A DNA stretch of 64,000 bases from positions 104,813 through 168,812 of the forward strand of contig MFGB01000020.1 in assembly GCA_001780275.1 (NCBI GenBank), read 5' to 3'. Below the pieces are notes generated by a model. It did no database searches and was not told the DNA's origin. It saw only the letters and a list, made by a program, of their open reading frames with translations. Within the stretch, counting starts at the first letter, position 1; each line of letters begins with the position of its first letter. Shown in pieces: positions 29,178-40,090 of this stretch. The DNA comes from Candidatus Falkowbacteria bacterium RIFOXYA2_FULL_47_19. Its GTDB lineage: Bacteria > Patescibacteriota > Patescibacteriia > Patescibacteriales > UBA12075. A program made the position numbers and the translations under genes.

Positions 29178-30107
29178 ATGAAATTTAAATCTGAGATCCG
29201 TAAGGCGTATTTACAGGATAAATACGTAATCATAACCCCCGGCCGGGCTAAACGGCCGCGCGACATTAAAGAAGAAACGGTTATTAAGCGGACAGCGGAG
29301 TGCCCCTTTTGCCCGGGTAACATCAAAAATAATATCCTGAAGGATAAAATTATGAAACCGGATGAAGAAAAAAAATGGCTGGTGGCCTCTATTGATAATA
29401 TTTTCCCGGCGGTAACACTCGACAACAAACGCGCCTATGGCTCCCAGGAAGTGATTATAGAAACGCGGCGGCATACCGATGATCTTGATGATTTAAACAT
29501 TGATGAAATCGAACAGGTTTTAAGGATGTACGCCCGCCGCACAGAGGTGATGAGCAAGATTGATAACATTGATTATGTTCTTTGTTTTAAGAATCAGGGT
29601 TCAAAAGCCGGCGCCTCCATCGTACACGCTCATTCCCAGGTATTCGCCACCGACATCATACCTCCGGAAGTGAACAGTGAGATTGCCGCGGCCCAATCAT
29701 ATAAAATAAAACACGGCACTTGTCCTTATTGCGATATAATAAAAAAAGAAATGCATTCTGAACGTAAAATATTCGAAGATAGGTATGTAGCGGCAATCGC
29801 GCCTTACGCCTCTGAATTCCATTATGAAGCCTGGATTTTCACAAAACGACACATTGATAATATCACTTTAATGAAACCGATGGAGTTCAGGTCTTTTGCG
29901 GCCGCATTAAAAAAAATCCTGGTAAAAATCGGAAGGCTTGATCTGTCTTTTAATTATTTCCTGCATCAGCTTATCTCAAATCATGACCAGCATTTATATT
30001 TAAAGATCCAGCCTCGGGATTCTATCTGGGCCGGCATTGAACTGGGCAGCGGCCTGATCATAAATTCAGTCTCTCCGGAAACCGCCGCCAAATATTACCG
30101 GGAATAA
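29178..30107 (+). CDS. Galactose-1-phosphate uridylyltransferase-like HIT-superfamily nucleotidyltransferase
   Basis: CPFCPGN zinc motif and SIVHAHSQVFA (HxHxQ). Confidence 0.7.
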   Translation: MKFKSEIRKAYLQDKYVIITPGRAKRPRDIKEETVIKRTAECPFCPGNIKNNILKDKIMKPDEEKKWLVASIDNIFPAVTLDNKRAYGSQEVIIETRRHTDDLDDLNIDEIEQVLRMYARRTEVMSKIDNIDYVLCFKNQGSKAGASIVHAHSQVFATDIIPPEVNSEIAAAQSYKIKHGTCPYCDIIKKEMHSERKIFEDRYVAAIAPYASEFHYEAWIFTKRHIDNITLMKPMEFRSFAAALKKILVKIGRLDLSFNYFLHQLISNHDQHLYLKIQPRDSIWAGIELGSGLIINSVSPETAAKYYRE

Positions 30108-30196
30108 TTTAAATTGCCGCAAAAATACCTAAAGATACTTAAATAAAACAAGAGTAAAAAAATTACTTATATAAAATTATTATTCGATTTTCTTAA

Positions 30197-33157
30197 ATGC
30201 CGATTCCGCAAATAAAAAACAAAAGCCAAAGCTGGCGGGCCAACAAGAAAAAATATTACATTAACCGTCCGCAAAAAAATATTCGTCCCGCAAAAAAAAT
30301 TATCCGCAAACAGGAGCGATTCAGTTTTAATTTTAATTATACGGACATAAAAAGAAAAATTATCCTGGCGGCGATAGTTTTATTTTTGGGCGGAGTTTTA
30401 TTTTCTTTAACGGCCGTAGCCTGGATATCGCGCGACCTGCCGGATCCAGACGGCCTCCTGGACCGTCAATTAGCGCAGAGCACGATCATTTATGACCGCA
30501 CCGGGGAACAGGTATTATACGAGATCCACGGCGATCAAAAAAGAACTCTGGTTAATTTAGTTGATTTGCCGGTTTATATCAAACAAGCGACGATCGCCAT
30601 TGAAGACAAAGATTTTTATAACCATGGCGGTGTTAGTTTATGGGGAATATTCCGCGGCGTCGTTTGGCAAAAAATCAAAGGGCGCGACGCGCAGGGCGGA
30701 TCCACGCTAACCCAACAATTTATCAAAAACGCTATTTTAATGTCAGAAAAGAGCCGGTACGTAAGAAAAATAAAAGAATGGGTGTTAGCTTATCGGTTAG
30801 AAAAAAAATACAACAAGGATGAAATATTACAAATGTATTTTAATGAAATACCTTATGGTTCTAACGCATATGGAATTGAAGCTGCAAGTGAAAAATATTT
30901 CGGAAAAAACGCTAAAGACTTAACTTTGGCGGAAGCCGCTGTTTTTGCGGCCCTAACACAATCTCCAAGTAGATACTCTCCTTACGGGCCGAACAAAGAT
31001 ATACTTTTAGGCAGACAGAAGTATATTCTCGATCTGATGGTCAACCAGGGTTATATTACAAAAGAGGAAGCGGAAGTCGCTAAAACTCAAGAAATAGTGT
31101 TTAAGGGGCCGGAGACGAACATAAAAGCGCCGCATTTCGTTATGTATGTCAAGGAAATGCTTTCCGAGAAATACGGCGAAAAAACAGTTGAACAAGGCGG
31201 ATTAAAAATTTATACCACCCTTGATCTATATAAACAAAACATCGCTGAAGAAGTGATCAATGAGATCGCTCCGAAAAATGCAGAAAAATGGAACGCTTCC
31301 AACGCCGCCTTGGTTTCCCTTGATCCTAAAACCGGGCAAATACTGGCTATGGTCGGATCGCGTGATTATTTTAATGATGAAATTGACGGCCAGGTAAATA
31401 TCTGCACCAGCAACCGGCAACCCGGCTCATCACTTAAACCTTTAGTATACGCGACCGCGTTTATCAAGGGTTATACCCCTAACACCATTCTTTATGACGT
31501 TGTAACGAATTTTACACCAGAAGGGGTGAAACAACCTCCTTATGAACCGCATAATTATGACCTACAAGAACATGGTCCGATCACTATGCGCAAAGCCTTA
31601 GCGGGCTCACTCAACATCCCGGCGGTAAAAACCTTATATTTAGCCGGGGTTGATAAAGTAATAGATATCGCCCAACAACTCGGTTATTCAACCTTAAATG
31701 ATCCTAATCGTTATGGATTATCTTTGGTTTTAGGCGGGGGGGAAGTAAAACTCCTGGAACACGCCAACGCTTATAGCGCTTTCGCCCGCGAAGGAATAAT
31801 ACACCCAACGGTTAGTATTTTAAAAGTAGAAGATAAAGATGGGAATATATTGGAAGAATATAAAGAAACGCCGGAAAAAAAGGTTCTTGATCCTAAGATA
31901 TCCCGGATGATCAATGATGTATTATCAGATAACAGTGCGCGGGCCTATGTTTTTGGGGAATCGAATTGGTTGACCTTGGGTTCACGGCCTGTAGCCGCTA
32001 AAACCGGCACCACCAACGATTATCACGATGCCTGGACGATGGGTTATACCCCTTCGCTTGTTACCGGCGTCTGGGTTGGGAATAATGATAACTCAGAGAT
32101 GAAACGGGGGGCTGATGGCAGTGTGGTGGCCGCTCCGATCTGGCATGATTACATGAAAAGAGTTTTGGGCGACACCCCGATCGAAGAATTCAGGAAACCG
32201 GAAATCCCTAAAACCAATAAACCGATATTAGACGGGGAGGCAGGCGCAGCCACAACCGTTAAAATCGATAAAACTACCGGTTTATTGGCCACGGAATTTA
32301 CGCCGCCGGATTCAATTGAGGAAAAAACGTTTTTTGAACCTCATTCAATTTTATATTTCGTTGATAAAGATAACCCCTTAAGCGAGCCGCCGCAAAACCC
32401 GGAAAATGACCCTCAGTTCATTTTATGGGAAAGCCGCGTTTTAGCTTGGGCCGAAAAACAGGCCGCCTCCGGAACTGAGTCGGGCTTAATTATTTCAAGT
32501 TCTACTCCACCTAAGGAATATGACAACCTGCACACCGCCGAAAACCAGCCGCAGATGGAAATTTTAGCTCCGGAAAATAACCAGTTAATCACCAATCCTT
32601 TGTTGATCGGGCGTGTTCGGGCTACGGCGCCTCGCGGAGTTTCCCGGGTTGAATATTATATAAACGGCAATCTGTTTTTTACCAACAATTCCTATCCTTT
32701 TAACCTGCAAAAATCGATCGACTTTCTTAATAATGGTTTTCACAATTTAAAAATACGCGTCTGTGATGATGTTGATAATTGCACCGCCAAAGAGGTGGAA
32801 TTTAATTTAGCTTTAGAAAATAATATTAATATTAACGACCAACAGCCGGAATTATCGCTTATCTCCCCTCGAAGCGGCTTAGCTTTGTCTAATATTGATT
32901 TCCCGTTAACAGTTAAATTTGAAATTAAAAATTCCAATCGGGTATCTAAAATAAACGTATATTCTTTAGGGGAGGGTGGCGCGCCAAAGTTAATATCAGT
33001 AATAGATCCGGCCGGAGAAAATATCGCCGCCGGATTATGGGAGCACACTCCCGCCTCCGGCACTTATAAGATTTACGGTGAAGCGCTTACCTGGGATAAT
33101 AAAATAATTAAAACAGAGGATATTATAATTATTGTTAATAATATCGCGTCTCAATAG
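30197..33157 (+). CDS. Class A penicillin-binding protein (PBP1A: glycosyltransferase plus transpeptidase) with a ~250-aa C-terminal extension
   Basis: GT51 motifs (EDKDFYNHGG, GGSTLTQQ), transpeptidase SxxK (SSLKP) and KTGTT. N-terminal TM helix. Confidence 0.9.
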   Translation: MPIPQIKNKSQSWRANKKKYYINRPQKNIRPAKKIIRKQERFSFNFNYTDIKRKIILAAIVLFLGGVLFSLTAVAWISRDLPDPDGLLDRQLAQSTIIYDRTGEQVLYEIHGDQKRTLVNLVDLPVYIKQATIAIEDKDFYNHGGVSLWGIFRGVVWQKIKGRDAQGGSTLTQQFIKNAILMSEKSRYVRKIKEWVLAYRLEKKYNKDEILQMYFNEIPYGSNAYGIEAASEKYFGKNAKDLTLAEAAVFAALTQSPSRYSPYGPNKDILLGRQKYILDLMVNQGYITKEEAEVAKTQEIVFKGPETNIKAPHFVMYVKEMLSEKYGEKTVEQGGLKIYTTLDLYKQNIAEEVINEIAPKNAEKWNASNAALVSLDPKTGQILAMVGSRDYFNDEIDGQVNICTSNRQPGSSLKPLVYATAFIKGYTPNTILYDVVTNFTPEGVKQPPYEPHNYDLQEHGPITMRKALAGSLNIPAVKTLYLAGVDKVIDIAQQLGYSTLNDPNRYGLSLVLGGGEVKLLEHANAYSAFAREGIIHPTVSILKVEDKDGNILEEYKETPEKKVLDPKISRMINDVLSDNSARAYVFGESNWLTLGSRPVAAKTGTTNDYHDAWTMGYTPSLVTGVWVGNNDNSEMKRGADGSVVAAPIWHDYMKRVLGDTPIEEFRKPEIPKTNKPILDGEAGAATTVKIDKTTGLLATEFTPPDSIEEKTFFEPHSILYFVDKDNPLSEPPQNPENDPQFILWESRVLAWAEKQAASGTESGLIISSSTPPKEYDNLHTAENQPQMEILAPENNQLITNPLLIGRVRATAPRGVSRVEYYINGNLFFTNNSYPFNLQKSIDFLNNGFHNLKIRVCDDVDNCTAKEVEFNLALENNININDQQPELSLISPRSGLALSNIDFPLTVKFEIKNSNRVSKINVYSLGEGGAPKLISVIDPAGENIAAGLWEHTPASGTYKIYGEALTWDNKIIKTEDIIIIVNNIASQ

Positions 33158-33173
33158 ATCATAACCGATTATA

Positions 33174-33206
33174 CAAAAAATCCTCCGTCCGTGGAGGATT
33201 TTTTTA
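33174..33206. terminator. Bidirectional terminator between PBP1A and dnaN
   Basis: Stem AATCCTCC/GGAGGATT flanked by an A-run and a T-run. Confidence 0.8.
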
Positions 33207-33222
33207 TATACACTTAATAAAA

Positions 33223-34362
33223 TTATTGCTTTATCGGCATTATTATATATAAATAATGATCGCCTTTTTTATTTTCATCATACGGCCTTAATACGCAGGG
33301 GGTATTACAATCAATAACCTCGAATTTTATTTTATCCGTGTCGATATTATTAATTCCATCTAAGAGGTAGCGATAATTCACGACAATACCATTGTCTTTA
33401 CCGCTAACATCCGCTTCCAGATCAGTAGTATTCTCTCCCGCTTGACTTGAGGTTGCGGTGATGATTATTTTTTTCTTACCTAAAGGAAAATCAAGATTAA
33501 CATCGTTAATTCCGGTTTTAGAAAATAGAGCAGCCGCCTTTACTGCACGAATGAATTCAGCGCGTTCTATTATGGCGCTGGTTTCATTATTTAAAGGAAT
33601 GATCTGTTTATAATCAGGATATTGCCCTTCAATTAAACGGGAAACTATCTCCGTATTCCCGGCAGCGAACAGCACCTGGTTGTCAGTTATAAAAAAATTA
33701 ATTTCTCCACCTTCTGCGGATAATTCCTCGGCGCGAATAGAACCTAAAACCCTCATTAACTCGGATAGTGTTTTAGCGGGAATAATAATTTTCTTTTCTT
33801 CGTGGGTGTTAGATGTTAATTTAACTTCTTTTTCCGCCAACCGATAACTGTCAGTAGCCGCCATGATTAATTTTTGCGTAGTAAAGTTAAATAATACGCC
33901 GGATAATTCCGCTCTTGTGTCTGAATTAGAAACAGCGAATATTACCTGGGATAGCGATTTCTTAAAATCATCGATTTTTGCTTTATAAAAATTATCCCTC
34001 GGTACCTCCGGTATTAAAGGAAAATCATCAGCTTCCTGCCCCTTAATAACTGTTTTATAATTATCGCTTTTGATAAATAATTTATTTTCCTTTTTTTCTA
34101 AATCTATTTTTTTATTCGGTAACAAAGAAATAAAATCAGTAACTAATTTAGAGTCAATAGTAAACACCCCTTCTTTTTCAATTTTTCCCCTGATTTTAGT
34201 TGTGATTCCTATTTCCAAGTCAGTGGTGGTAAGTTTTATATTACCACCTTCGGTTTCTATTTTTATATTACTTAAAATCGGCAAATTTACGTTTTTACCG
34301 GCGATATGACTTACAATATGCAAGCCGTTCTTTAAATTTTCCTGTAAACTTGATAATTTCAT
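33223..34362 (-). CDS. dnaN: DNA polymerase III beta sliding clamp
   Basis: 379 aa, directly downstream of dnaA. N-terminus MKLSSLQENLKNGLHIVSHIAGKNVNLPILSNIKIE. Confidence 0.9.
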   Translation of the reverse strand: MKLSSLQENLKNGLHIVSHIAGKNVNLPILSNIKIETEGGNIKLTTTDLEIGITTKIRGKIEKEGVFTIDSKLVTDFISLLPNKKIDLEKKENKLFIKSDNYKTVIKGQEADDFPLIPEVPRDNFYKAKIDDFKKSLSQVIFAVSNSDTRAELSGVLFNFTTQKLIMAATDSYRLAEKEVKLTSNTHEEKKIIIPAKTLSELMRVLGSIRAEELSAEGGEINFFITDNQVLFAAGNTEIVSRLIEGQYPDYKQIIPLNNETSAIIERAEFIRAVKAAALFSKTGINDVNLDFPLGKKKIIITATSSQAGENTTDLEADVSGKDNGIVVNYRYLLDGINNIDTDKIKFEVIDCNTPCVLRPYDENKKGDHYLYIIMPIKQ

Positions 34363-34368
34363 ATATAT

Positions 34369-35721
34369 TTACGCGTTACTGTATATCAACTGTTTAATAG
34401 ATTCTATATCCTGCTTGGTTTTTTCATTATCACTTACTTCTTTTAAGATCTTATTGTAAGCATGTATTGCCGTTGTGTGGTCGCGTCCGCCTAATTCATT
34501 ACCGATGGTCGGATATGAATTATTAATTTCTTTACGCATTAAGAACATAGTGATCTGCCGCGGATAAACCAATTCTTTTTTCCGGCTTTTGCCGATTATT
34601 TCCTTATTTGAGATATCGAAAAAACGGGAAACAGCTTCAATTATATCCTTGCCGGTAACCGATTTCGATTGAATATTCATTATTAAGCTATTTAGAATAT
34701 TTTTCGTGGTATCAATAGTGGGGAAAGAATTATTAAATTCATGAAAAGCGATCAAGCGATTCAAAGCGCCTTCTAACTCCCTGATATTATTCTGAACGTT
34801 GTTAGCGATATAATAAAGAACTTCCGAATCAAGGGAATAATTTTTCTCTTTACATTTCGCCTCTAATATCGCCACTCTGGTTTCTATATCGGGTTGTGTG
34901 ATATCGGCGATCATGCCCCACTCAAACCTGGATAATAATCTTTTTTCCAGAGCAGGGATGGATTTCGGCGGGCGATCGGAAGTTAAGATTATTTGTTTAT
35001 TGGTTTGATGCAGCTCGTTAAAAGTATGAAAAAATTCCTCCTGGGTGCCGTCTTTACCGCCCATAAACTGAATATCATCTATTAAAAGCAGATCAACATT
35101 CCGATACCGGTCTTTAAAATCTTTAGCTTGGCCGCTTTTTACCGCCTGAACATAATCATTGGTAAATTTTTCACAAGTAGCGTATAAAATTTTATCTGTA
35201 TTTTTAACAACTTCGTGTCCGATCGCTTGGAGTAAGTGAGTTTTTCCTAATCCTACTCCGCCGTAGATAAATAAAGGATTATAAGCGTTTCCGGGGTTTG
35301 CGGCTACCGCCTGGCAAGCCGCATGGGCTAATTCATTGCCTTTGCCGACTATAAAATTATCAAAAGTATAGCGGGCATTCAAACCGAATCTATTGATTGA
35401 TACCGGTTCTTTATTATTACCGTCTTTTTTAATTTTGATCTTTTTAAGTAGGTCGCCGACCGGATTGGTTTTTCTGGTTTCTATTTTATAAAAAATTTTA
35501 TCTATCTTTTTATTACTGATATTTTGTAAAGCTTCCATTATTTGTTTGTGATATTTCTTTTCCAACCAGGCTTTCGTAAACATATTAGGGACACAGATAA
35601 CCACTTTATCTTCTTCAAAAGAGGAAATGAAGGTGTTTTTAAACCAGGTGGTGAAATTAGCTCTGGATAAACTTAACTCGATCTCCCCTAATACCGCCTG
35701 CCACAATTGTTCATTATTCAT
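34369..35721 (-). CDS. dnaA: Chromosomal replication initiator protein DnaA
   Basis: GGVGLGKTHLLQAIG, LLIDDIQF, C-terminal DNA-binding signature GGRDHTTAIHAYNKI. Confidence 0.95.
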   Translation of the reverse strand: MNNEQLWQAVLGEIELSLSRANFTTWFKNTFISSFEEDKVVICVPNMFTKAWLEKKYHKQIMEALQNISNKKIDKIFYKIETRKTNPVGDLLKKIKIKKDGNNKEPVSINRFGLNARYTFDNFIVGKGNELAHAACQAVAANPGNAYNPLFIYGGVGLGKTHLLQAIGHEVVKNTDKILYATCEKFTNDYVQAVKSGQAKDFKDRYRNVDLLLIDDIQFMGGKDGTQEEFFHTFNELHQTNKQIILTSDRPPKSIPALEKRLLSRFEWGMIADITQPDIETRVAILEAKCKEKNYSLDSEVLYYIANNVQNNIRELEGALNRLIAFHEFNNSFPTIDTTKNILNSLIMNIQSKSVTGKDIIEAVSRFFDISNKEIIGKSRKKELVYPRQITMFLMRKEINNSYPTIGNELGGRDHTTAIHAYNKILKEVSDNEKTKQDIESIKQLIYSNA

Positions 35722-36394
35722 AAATAAAAAATTATTTATATTAAATTTTCACTCTTTTATATACTATAACGTATAGTAAAAAATAAAGATTGTAAACCTG
35801 AAATGGCAAGTTTTGTTTTTAAATTTTGTTTTTAAACAGTAAAAGATCTTTTTTTGTTTAATAGGATTTTAATAATAAAATTATAGCAGTTAATTTAAAA
35901 ACATAAAACCCCTGTAAATTTCTTAATTTTGTTTATAAGGTGTTGATAATAAGTGGGAAAGTAATTTACAGTCTGTAGAGTGATTTTACACAGTAAAATT
36001 TTTTAGGATTTTGATTTTCAAAAAATATAAATTTTATAAAACATTTTTTAGGTGTATAAAAGTCCGCTATATTCATATCTTTAACTAATAATAATAATAA
36101 GACTGTTGGTAAAATCGACTTTTGGTTGTTTTTTATCGATTATAAAATAAAAACCGGGCGGAAAAACTGTGTAAAAAAAAATAAAAACAGTGAGTAAGTA
36201 TATGAGTTATACAGAGCGGTATTCTAAGAGTTAAAAAGAATGAACATATCATCACAATCGATTCCTCCAGTAAAACACATTGTTATAAACAGAGTAGTCA
36301 ACATGTTCTGTGGTTAACTAATTGGTTTATATTGACTTAAAACAAATAAGGTGTTATGTTAGTAATGTTATTTATTATAAATAAAAAATATTAT
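35722..36394. other. Probable oriC (AT-rich dnaA-rpmH intergenic region with degenerate DnaA boxes)
   Basis: Boxes with one mismatch to TTATCCACA: TGTTGATAA (35941-49, reverse) and TGTGGTTAA (36309-17, reverse). TTTTACACA occurs at 35984-92 and, inverted, at 36168-76. TTATACAGA at 36207-15 and TTATAAACA at 36283-91. Classic dnaA/rpmH position. Confidence 0.65.
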
Positions 36395-36532
36395 ATGCCT
36401 AAACGAACTTATCAACCTAATGTAAAGAGAGCTAAAAAGAAGCATGGTTTTATGAAGCGTATGCTCACGAAGGATGGTCGCGACGTAATAAAAAACCGAA
36501 GAGATAAAGGTAGAAAAAAATTAACCAAATAA
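36395..36532 (+). CDS. rpmH: 50S ribosomal protein L34
   Basis: Below the ORF-track size cutoff. My translation is [45 protein letters not shown]. Confidence 0.9.
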   Translation: MPKRTYQPNVKRAKKKHGFMKRMLTKDGRDVIKNRRDKGRKKLTK

Positions 36533-36534
36533 GA

Positions 36535-36885
36535 ATGTTAAAAAAAATAAACCGGCTGACCAAGAAAAAAGAATTTGAAAATGTTCACAAAAAAGGAAGG
36601 CCAAGTTTTGATAAGATAATGGGAGTAAAAACCGTTGGTAATGAATTAAAGTTAAATCGCTTCGGAATAATAGTCAGTATTAAAATTAGCAAGCAGGCAG
36701 TGATCAGAAATAAAGTAAAAAGACGTTTACGGGAAGCGGTGCGGTTGGAAATTGATGATTTAAAACCAGGAAATGATATTATAATAATCACCCTTCCCTT
36801 GATTAAGAGTTGTGAATTAAAAGATATTAGCGATTCATTGAAGAAGCATTTTTACCGGCTTTATCTCTATAAAACAAAAAGATGA
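36535..36885 (+). CDS. rnpA: Ribonuclease P protein component
   Basis: Follows rpm[22 protein letters not shown] pattern, 116 aa, basic. Confidence 0.85.
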   Translation: MLKKINRLTKKKEFENVHKKGRPSFDKIMGVKTVGNELKLNRFGIIVSIKISKQAVIRNKVKRRLREAVRLEIDDLKPGNDIIIITLPLIKSCELKDISDSLKKHFYRLYLYKTKR

Positions 36886-37133
36886 AAATCTTTTTTTATT
36901 TACCAAGATCAACAGCTATTTGGATCATTAAGATTTATCAAAAAACCCTCTCCCTGGATCATGGTATCTTGAAATTTTTTTATCCTTATGGATTTTGCCG
37001 TTTTCATCCAACATGCTCACAGTACGCCATTGATGTTATAGAAAAATACGGTATCATTAAAGGTGGTTTTAAGGCGGTTTGGCGTGTTTTAAGATGCAAC
37101 CCCTGGAATAAGGGGGGGTATGATCCTGCTTAG
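36882..37133 (+). CDS. yidD: Membrane protein insertion efficiency factor YidD
   Basis: [19 protein letters not shown]...RVLRCNPW. Confidence 0.85.
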   Translation: MKIFFYLPRSTAIWIIKIYQKTLSLDHGILKFFYPYGFCRFHPTCSQYAIDVIEKYGIIKGGFKAVWRVLRCNPWNKGGYDPA

Positions 37134-37151
37134 TAATTAATTATCAATTTC

Positions 37152-37880
37152 ATGTTCCAAATATTTTTTTATCAACCTATTTTTAATCTGGTTATTTTTT
37201 TGTACAATATTGTTCCCGGGCATGATCTTGGGGTGGTAATAATTTTATTAACCATAATTATAAAATTATTATTATTACCCTTATCAAAGAAAGCGTTAAA
37301 ATCACAAAAAGCCCTCCAGGATCTGCAGCCGCATATTGAAGAGATAAAAAAGAAATACAAAGACCGGAAGGATGAAATGGGAAGGGCGATGATGGAGTTA
37401 TATAAAAATAACAAGGTTAATCCCCTATCATCATGCTTACCGCTTTTAATTCAACTGCCCTTTTTATGGGCGGTTTTCCGGGTTTTTAGCAACGGCTTTG
37501 AAAATCTTGATTTAGTTTATTCATTTATCCAAAAGCCGGAAATAATCAACTATATTTCTTTTGGCTTTATAGATCTTCAGAAGCGCAATATTACTTTTGC
37601 CGTATTAGCGGGTTTGGCGCAATTTTGGCAATCAAAAATGATGATGACTAAACGGCCGGCAGTTAAGTCGTCCGGAGCTCGCGACGAGGATATGATGTCG
37701 ATAATGAATAAGCAAATGCTTTATTTTATGCCGTTCATGACTGTTTTTATTGGCATGTCCTTTCCGGGCGGGCTGGCGCTTTATTGGTTGGTTACCACAT
37801 TATTAACTGGTTTACAACAATTATTTATTTTTAGAAAAAGTAAAGATAAAAACATAATTGAAGGCGAGGTGGTTAAGTAG
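37152..37880 (+). CDS. yidC: Membrane protein insertase YidC (short form)
   Basis: Position after rnpA-yidD. LPLLIQLPFLWAVF and GLALYWLVTTLLTGLQQ. Confidence 0.85.
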   Translation: MFQIFFYQPIFNLVIFLYNIVPGHDLGVVIILLTIIIKLLLLPLSKKALKSQKALQDLQPHIEEIKKKYKDRKDEMGRAMMELYKNNKVNPLSSCLPLLIQLPFLWAVFRVFSNGFENLDLVYSFIQKPEIINYISFGFIDLQKRNITFAVLAGLAQFWQSKMMMTKRPAVKSSGARDEDMMSIMNKQMLYFMPFMTVFIGMSFPGGLALYWLVTTLLTGLQQLFIFRKSKDKNIIEGEVVK

Positions 37881-38006
37881 TATTTAGTAATATTATTTTA
37901 TATTTTAATTTTAGTTCGCTTAAATATAAAATACTATATACTAAATACTTTTTATTTTATAAAATAATAATATAATATATTTATTATTAATTAATTTATT
38001 AAAACC

Positions 38007-38840
38007 ATGATCGGTGTATTTGATTCCGGTTTCGGCGGTTTAACGGTTTTAAGCGGATTGGTGAAAGAATTACCGGAATATAATTATATTTATTTAGGTG
38101 ATAACGCTCGCGCGCCCTACGGCAATAAATCGCTTGATGTAATTTATAATTATACCTGTGAAGCGGTAGATTTTTTATTTAAACATAATTGTGAACTTAT
38201 TATCATTGCTTGTAACACCGTTTCCGCGAAAGCTTTAAGGAAAATTCAGCAGGAATATTTACCGAAAAACTACCCAGGTAAAAGAGTTTTAGGGGTAATA
38301 ATACCGGTTGTGGAAACAGTTATAGAAGAGGCGCGGCAAAATTTAGGAAATAAACCGGTTAAAATCGGACTTATCGGTACAAAGACAACTATAAACTCAA
38401 AAGTATACGACGAGGAAATAAAAAAATTATCAAACGAAAATACGCCTGAAATTTTTTCAGTAAGCACACCCCTTTTAGTTCCGTTAATTGAAGAGGGTTG
38501 GATAAAAAAAATCGAGACGAAAATGATTTTAAGGAAATATTTACGCTCACTTAAAAAAGAGAAGATCGATTATTTAATTCTAGGTTGTACGCATTATCCG
38601 TTTTTACAAAAAGATATCCAGGGTATAGTTGGAAAAAAAATAAAAATCATAAGTACCCCGGCCGCCGCCGCCGTAAAATTAAAAGACTATTTATTAAAAC
38701 ACAACGAAATTGACATAAAATTAATAAAAAATAAACAAAGGCGTTATTTTACCACTGATGATCCGGATAAATTCCGTGAGTTCGGAAACAAATTTTTACC
38801 AGAGCTTAATATAATTAAAATAGATAAAGTAGAATTATAA
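38007..38840 (+). CDS. murI: Glutamate racemase
   Basis: IGVFDSGFGGLTVL, IIACNTVSA, LGCTHYP. Confidence 0.9.
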   Translation: MIGVFDSGFGGLTVLSGLVKELPEYNYIYLGDNARAPYGNKSLDVIYNYTCEAVDFLFKHNCELIIIACNTVSAKALRKIQQEYLPKNYPGKRVLGVIIPVVETVIEEARQNLGNKPVKIGLIGTKTTINSKVYDEEIKKLSNENTPEIFSVSTPLLVPLIEEGWIKKIETKMILRKYLRSLKKEKIDYLILGCTHYPFLQKDIQGIVGKKIKIISTPAAAAVKLKDYLLKHNEIDIKLIKNKQRRYFTTDDPDKFREFGNKFLPELNIIKIDKVEL

Positions 38841-38872
38841 AAAAATTACCCGGATCAAGGGTAATTTTTTTA
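38840..38872. terminator. Bidirectional terminator
   Basis: Stem AATTACCC/GGGTAATT flanked by an A-run and a T-run. Confidence 0.75.
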
Positions 38873-38891
38873 TTGTAGCTTTATTGATTTT

Positions 38892-39671
38892 TTAAAAACT
38901 CCTATTCTTCCCAACAATAAGATTGATTTTTTCATTAGCTATAGTAATATTAACCGGCGTGGTGATTTTTATTGAATTATCTATTAAAACAGAGTGTTTA
39001 GGGTTGGTAATTTTTAATTTTTTAAAAGAAAAAACACTTTGATTTGGTTTACCCGTGCTTATCGGTAGGAATTTTTTAGTGTTCTTGGTTTTTATATAAA
39101 GCTCCAAAACACCATCTTTAGCATTTGATTTTATATTATCGGGCAGATCAACATTGATCGGCAGATTAACAACCCCCACCTCCCCTTTTTCCAGGATTTC
39201 AATTGAATAATTCTTGTCGATCTCGATAGTTGTTCCTTCGGTAGTGATCGTAGCTTGGGTTAGAAAATAATAATTATTAATAAGACCGAGGTCAAGTTTT
39301 TGCACACGGCGAGCCGACAAAATATCACACGCCTCTTCATTAATACTGATACCTAAATGATCAGCTATTTCATTATCCTTATTACCTACCGGAATAAAAC
39401 CGATCGGTATGTTTTTATTAACAGAATTCAGCGCCGTCAGCCTGGCTACGGAGTTTATTACTTGGTTTAAAAGACTATTATTTCCCACAGCGATTATCGT
39501 CTTTGCGCCTTTAATTAATTCATTTTCAATTGAATCATAAAGCGAGCTCATAATCCCTAATCGGATTATTTTTCCGTTTAACCCTAAATCAGTGATCCTG
39601 GTTTCTACCCTGGCAATAATACTATTAAACCTTTTTTCGTTAACGTATGAATCGTATATATAGATATGCAT
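38892..39671 (-). CDS. Diacylglycerol/lipid kinase catalytic-domain-like protein (YegS/NAD-kinase fold)
   Basis: N-terminal IYIYDSY...TIIAVGNNSLLNQV resembles the DAGK_cat GGDG region in degenerate form. Low certainty. Confidence 0.35.
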   Translation of the reverse strand: MHIYIYDSYVNEKRFNSIIARVETRITDLGLNGKIIRLGIMSSLYDSIENELIKGAKTIIAVGNNSLLNQVINSVARLTALNSVNKNIPIGFIPVGNKDNEIADHLGISINEEACDILSARRVQKLDLGLINNYYFLTQATITTEGTTIEIDKNYSIEILEKGEVGVVNLPINVDLPDNIKSNAKDGVLELYIKTKNTKKFLPISTGKPNQSVFSFKKLKITNPKHSVLIDNSIKITTPVNITIANEKINLIVGKNRSF

Positions 39672-39706
39672 ATATTTAAAAGGCCCCTAATAACATCCGG
39701 GAAAGA

Positions 39707-40090
39707 TCATTTTTTCTCCGCCGCTGTTTCACCTTTAGACATTCGGCAGGTGCCGTTTAAGATAGCATTTTTTTCAATAGAAATTTTATTAGCCTCAATA
39801 TCGCCGAAAATTTTAGCGGTTGAAGAAATTTCAAGATAGCCATCGACTTTAATATTACCATGAATCTCCCCTCCGATTTTAGCTTCCTTGGCCTCAATTG
39901 TGGCTGTAACTTTGGCTTTATTACCGATCAATAGAAAATTACTGGTTTTTATGCTACCCTCGACCACACCTTCGATAATAATATTTCCCTGTCCATGAAA
40001 ATTACCCTTAACTTTTATTGATGGACCAATAATAGTTTCCGCTTCTTTGTAATTAATTTCGTTGTTTTCTTTATTAAACATATAAGGCAT
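39707..40090 (-). CDS. Bactofilin (polymer-forming cytoskeletal protein)
   Basis: Repetitive beta-helix pattern: IKVKGNFHGQGNIIIEGVVEGSIKT...AKIGGEIHGNIKVDGYLEISSTAKIFGDIEA. Confidence 0.8.
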   Translation of the reverse strand: MPYMFNKENNEINYKEAETIIGPSIKVKGNFHGQGNIIIEGVVEGSIKTSNFLLIGNKAKVTATIEAKEAKIGGEIHGNIKVDGYLEISSTAKIFGDIEANKISIEKNAILNGTCRMSKGETAAEKK

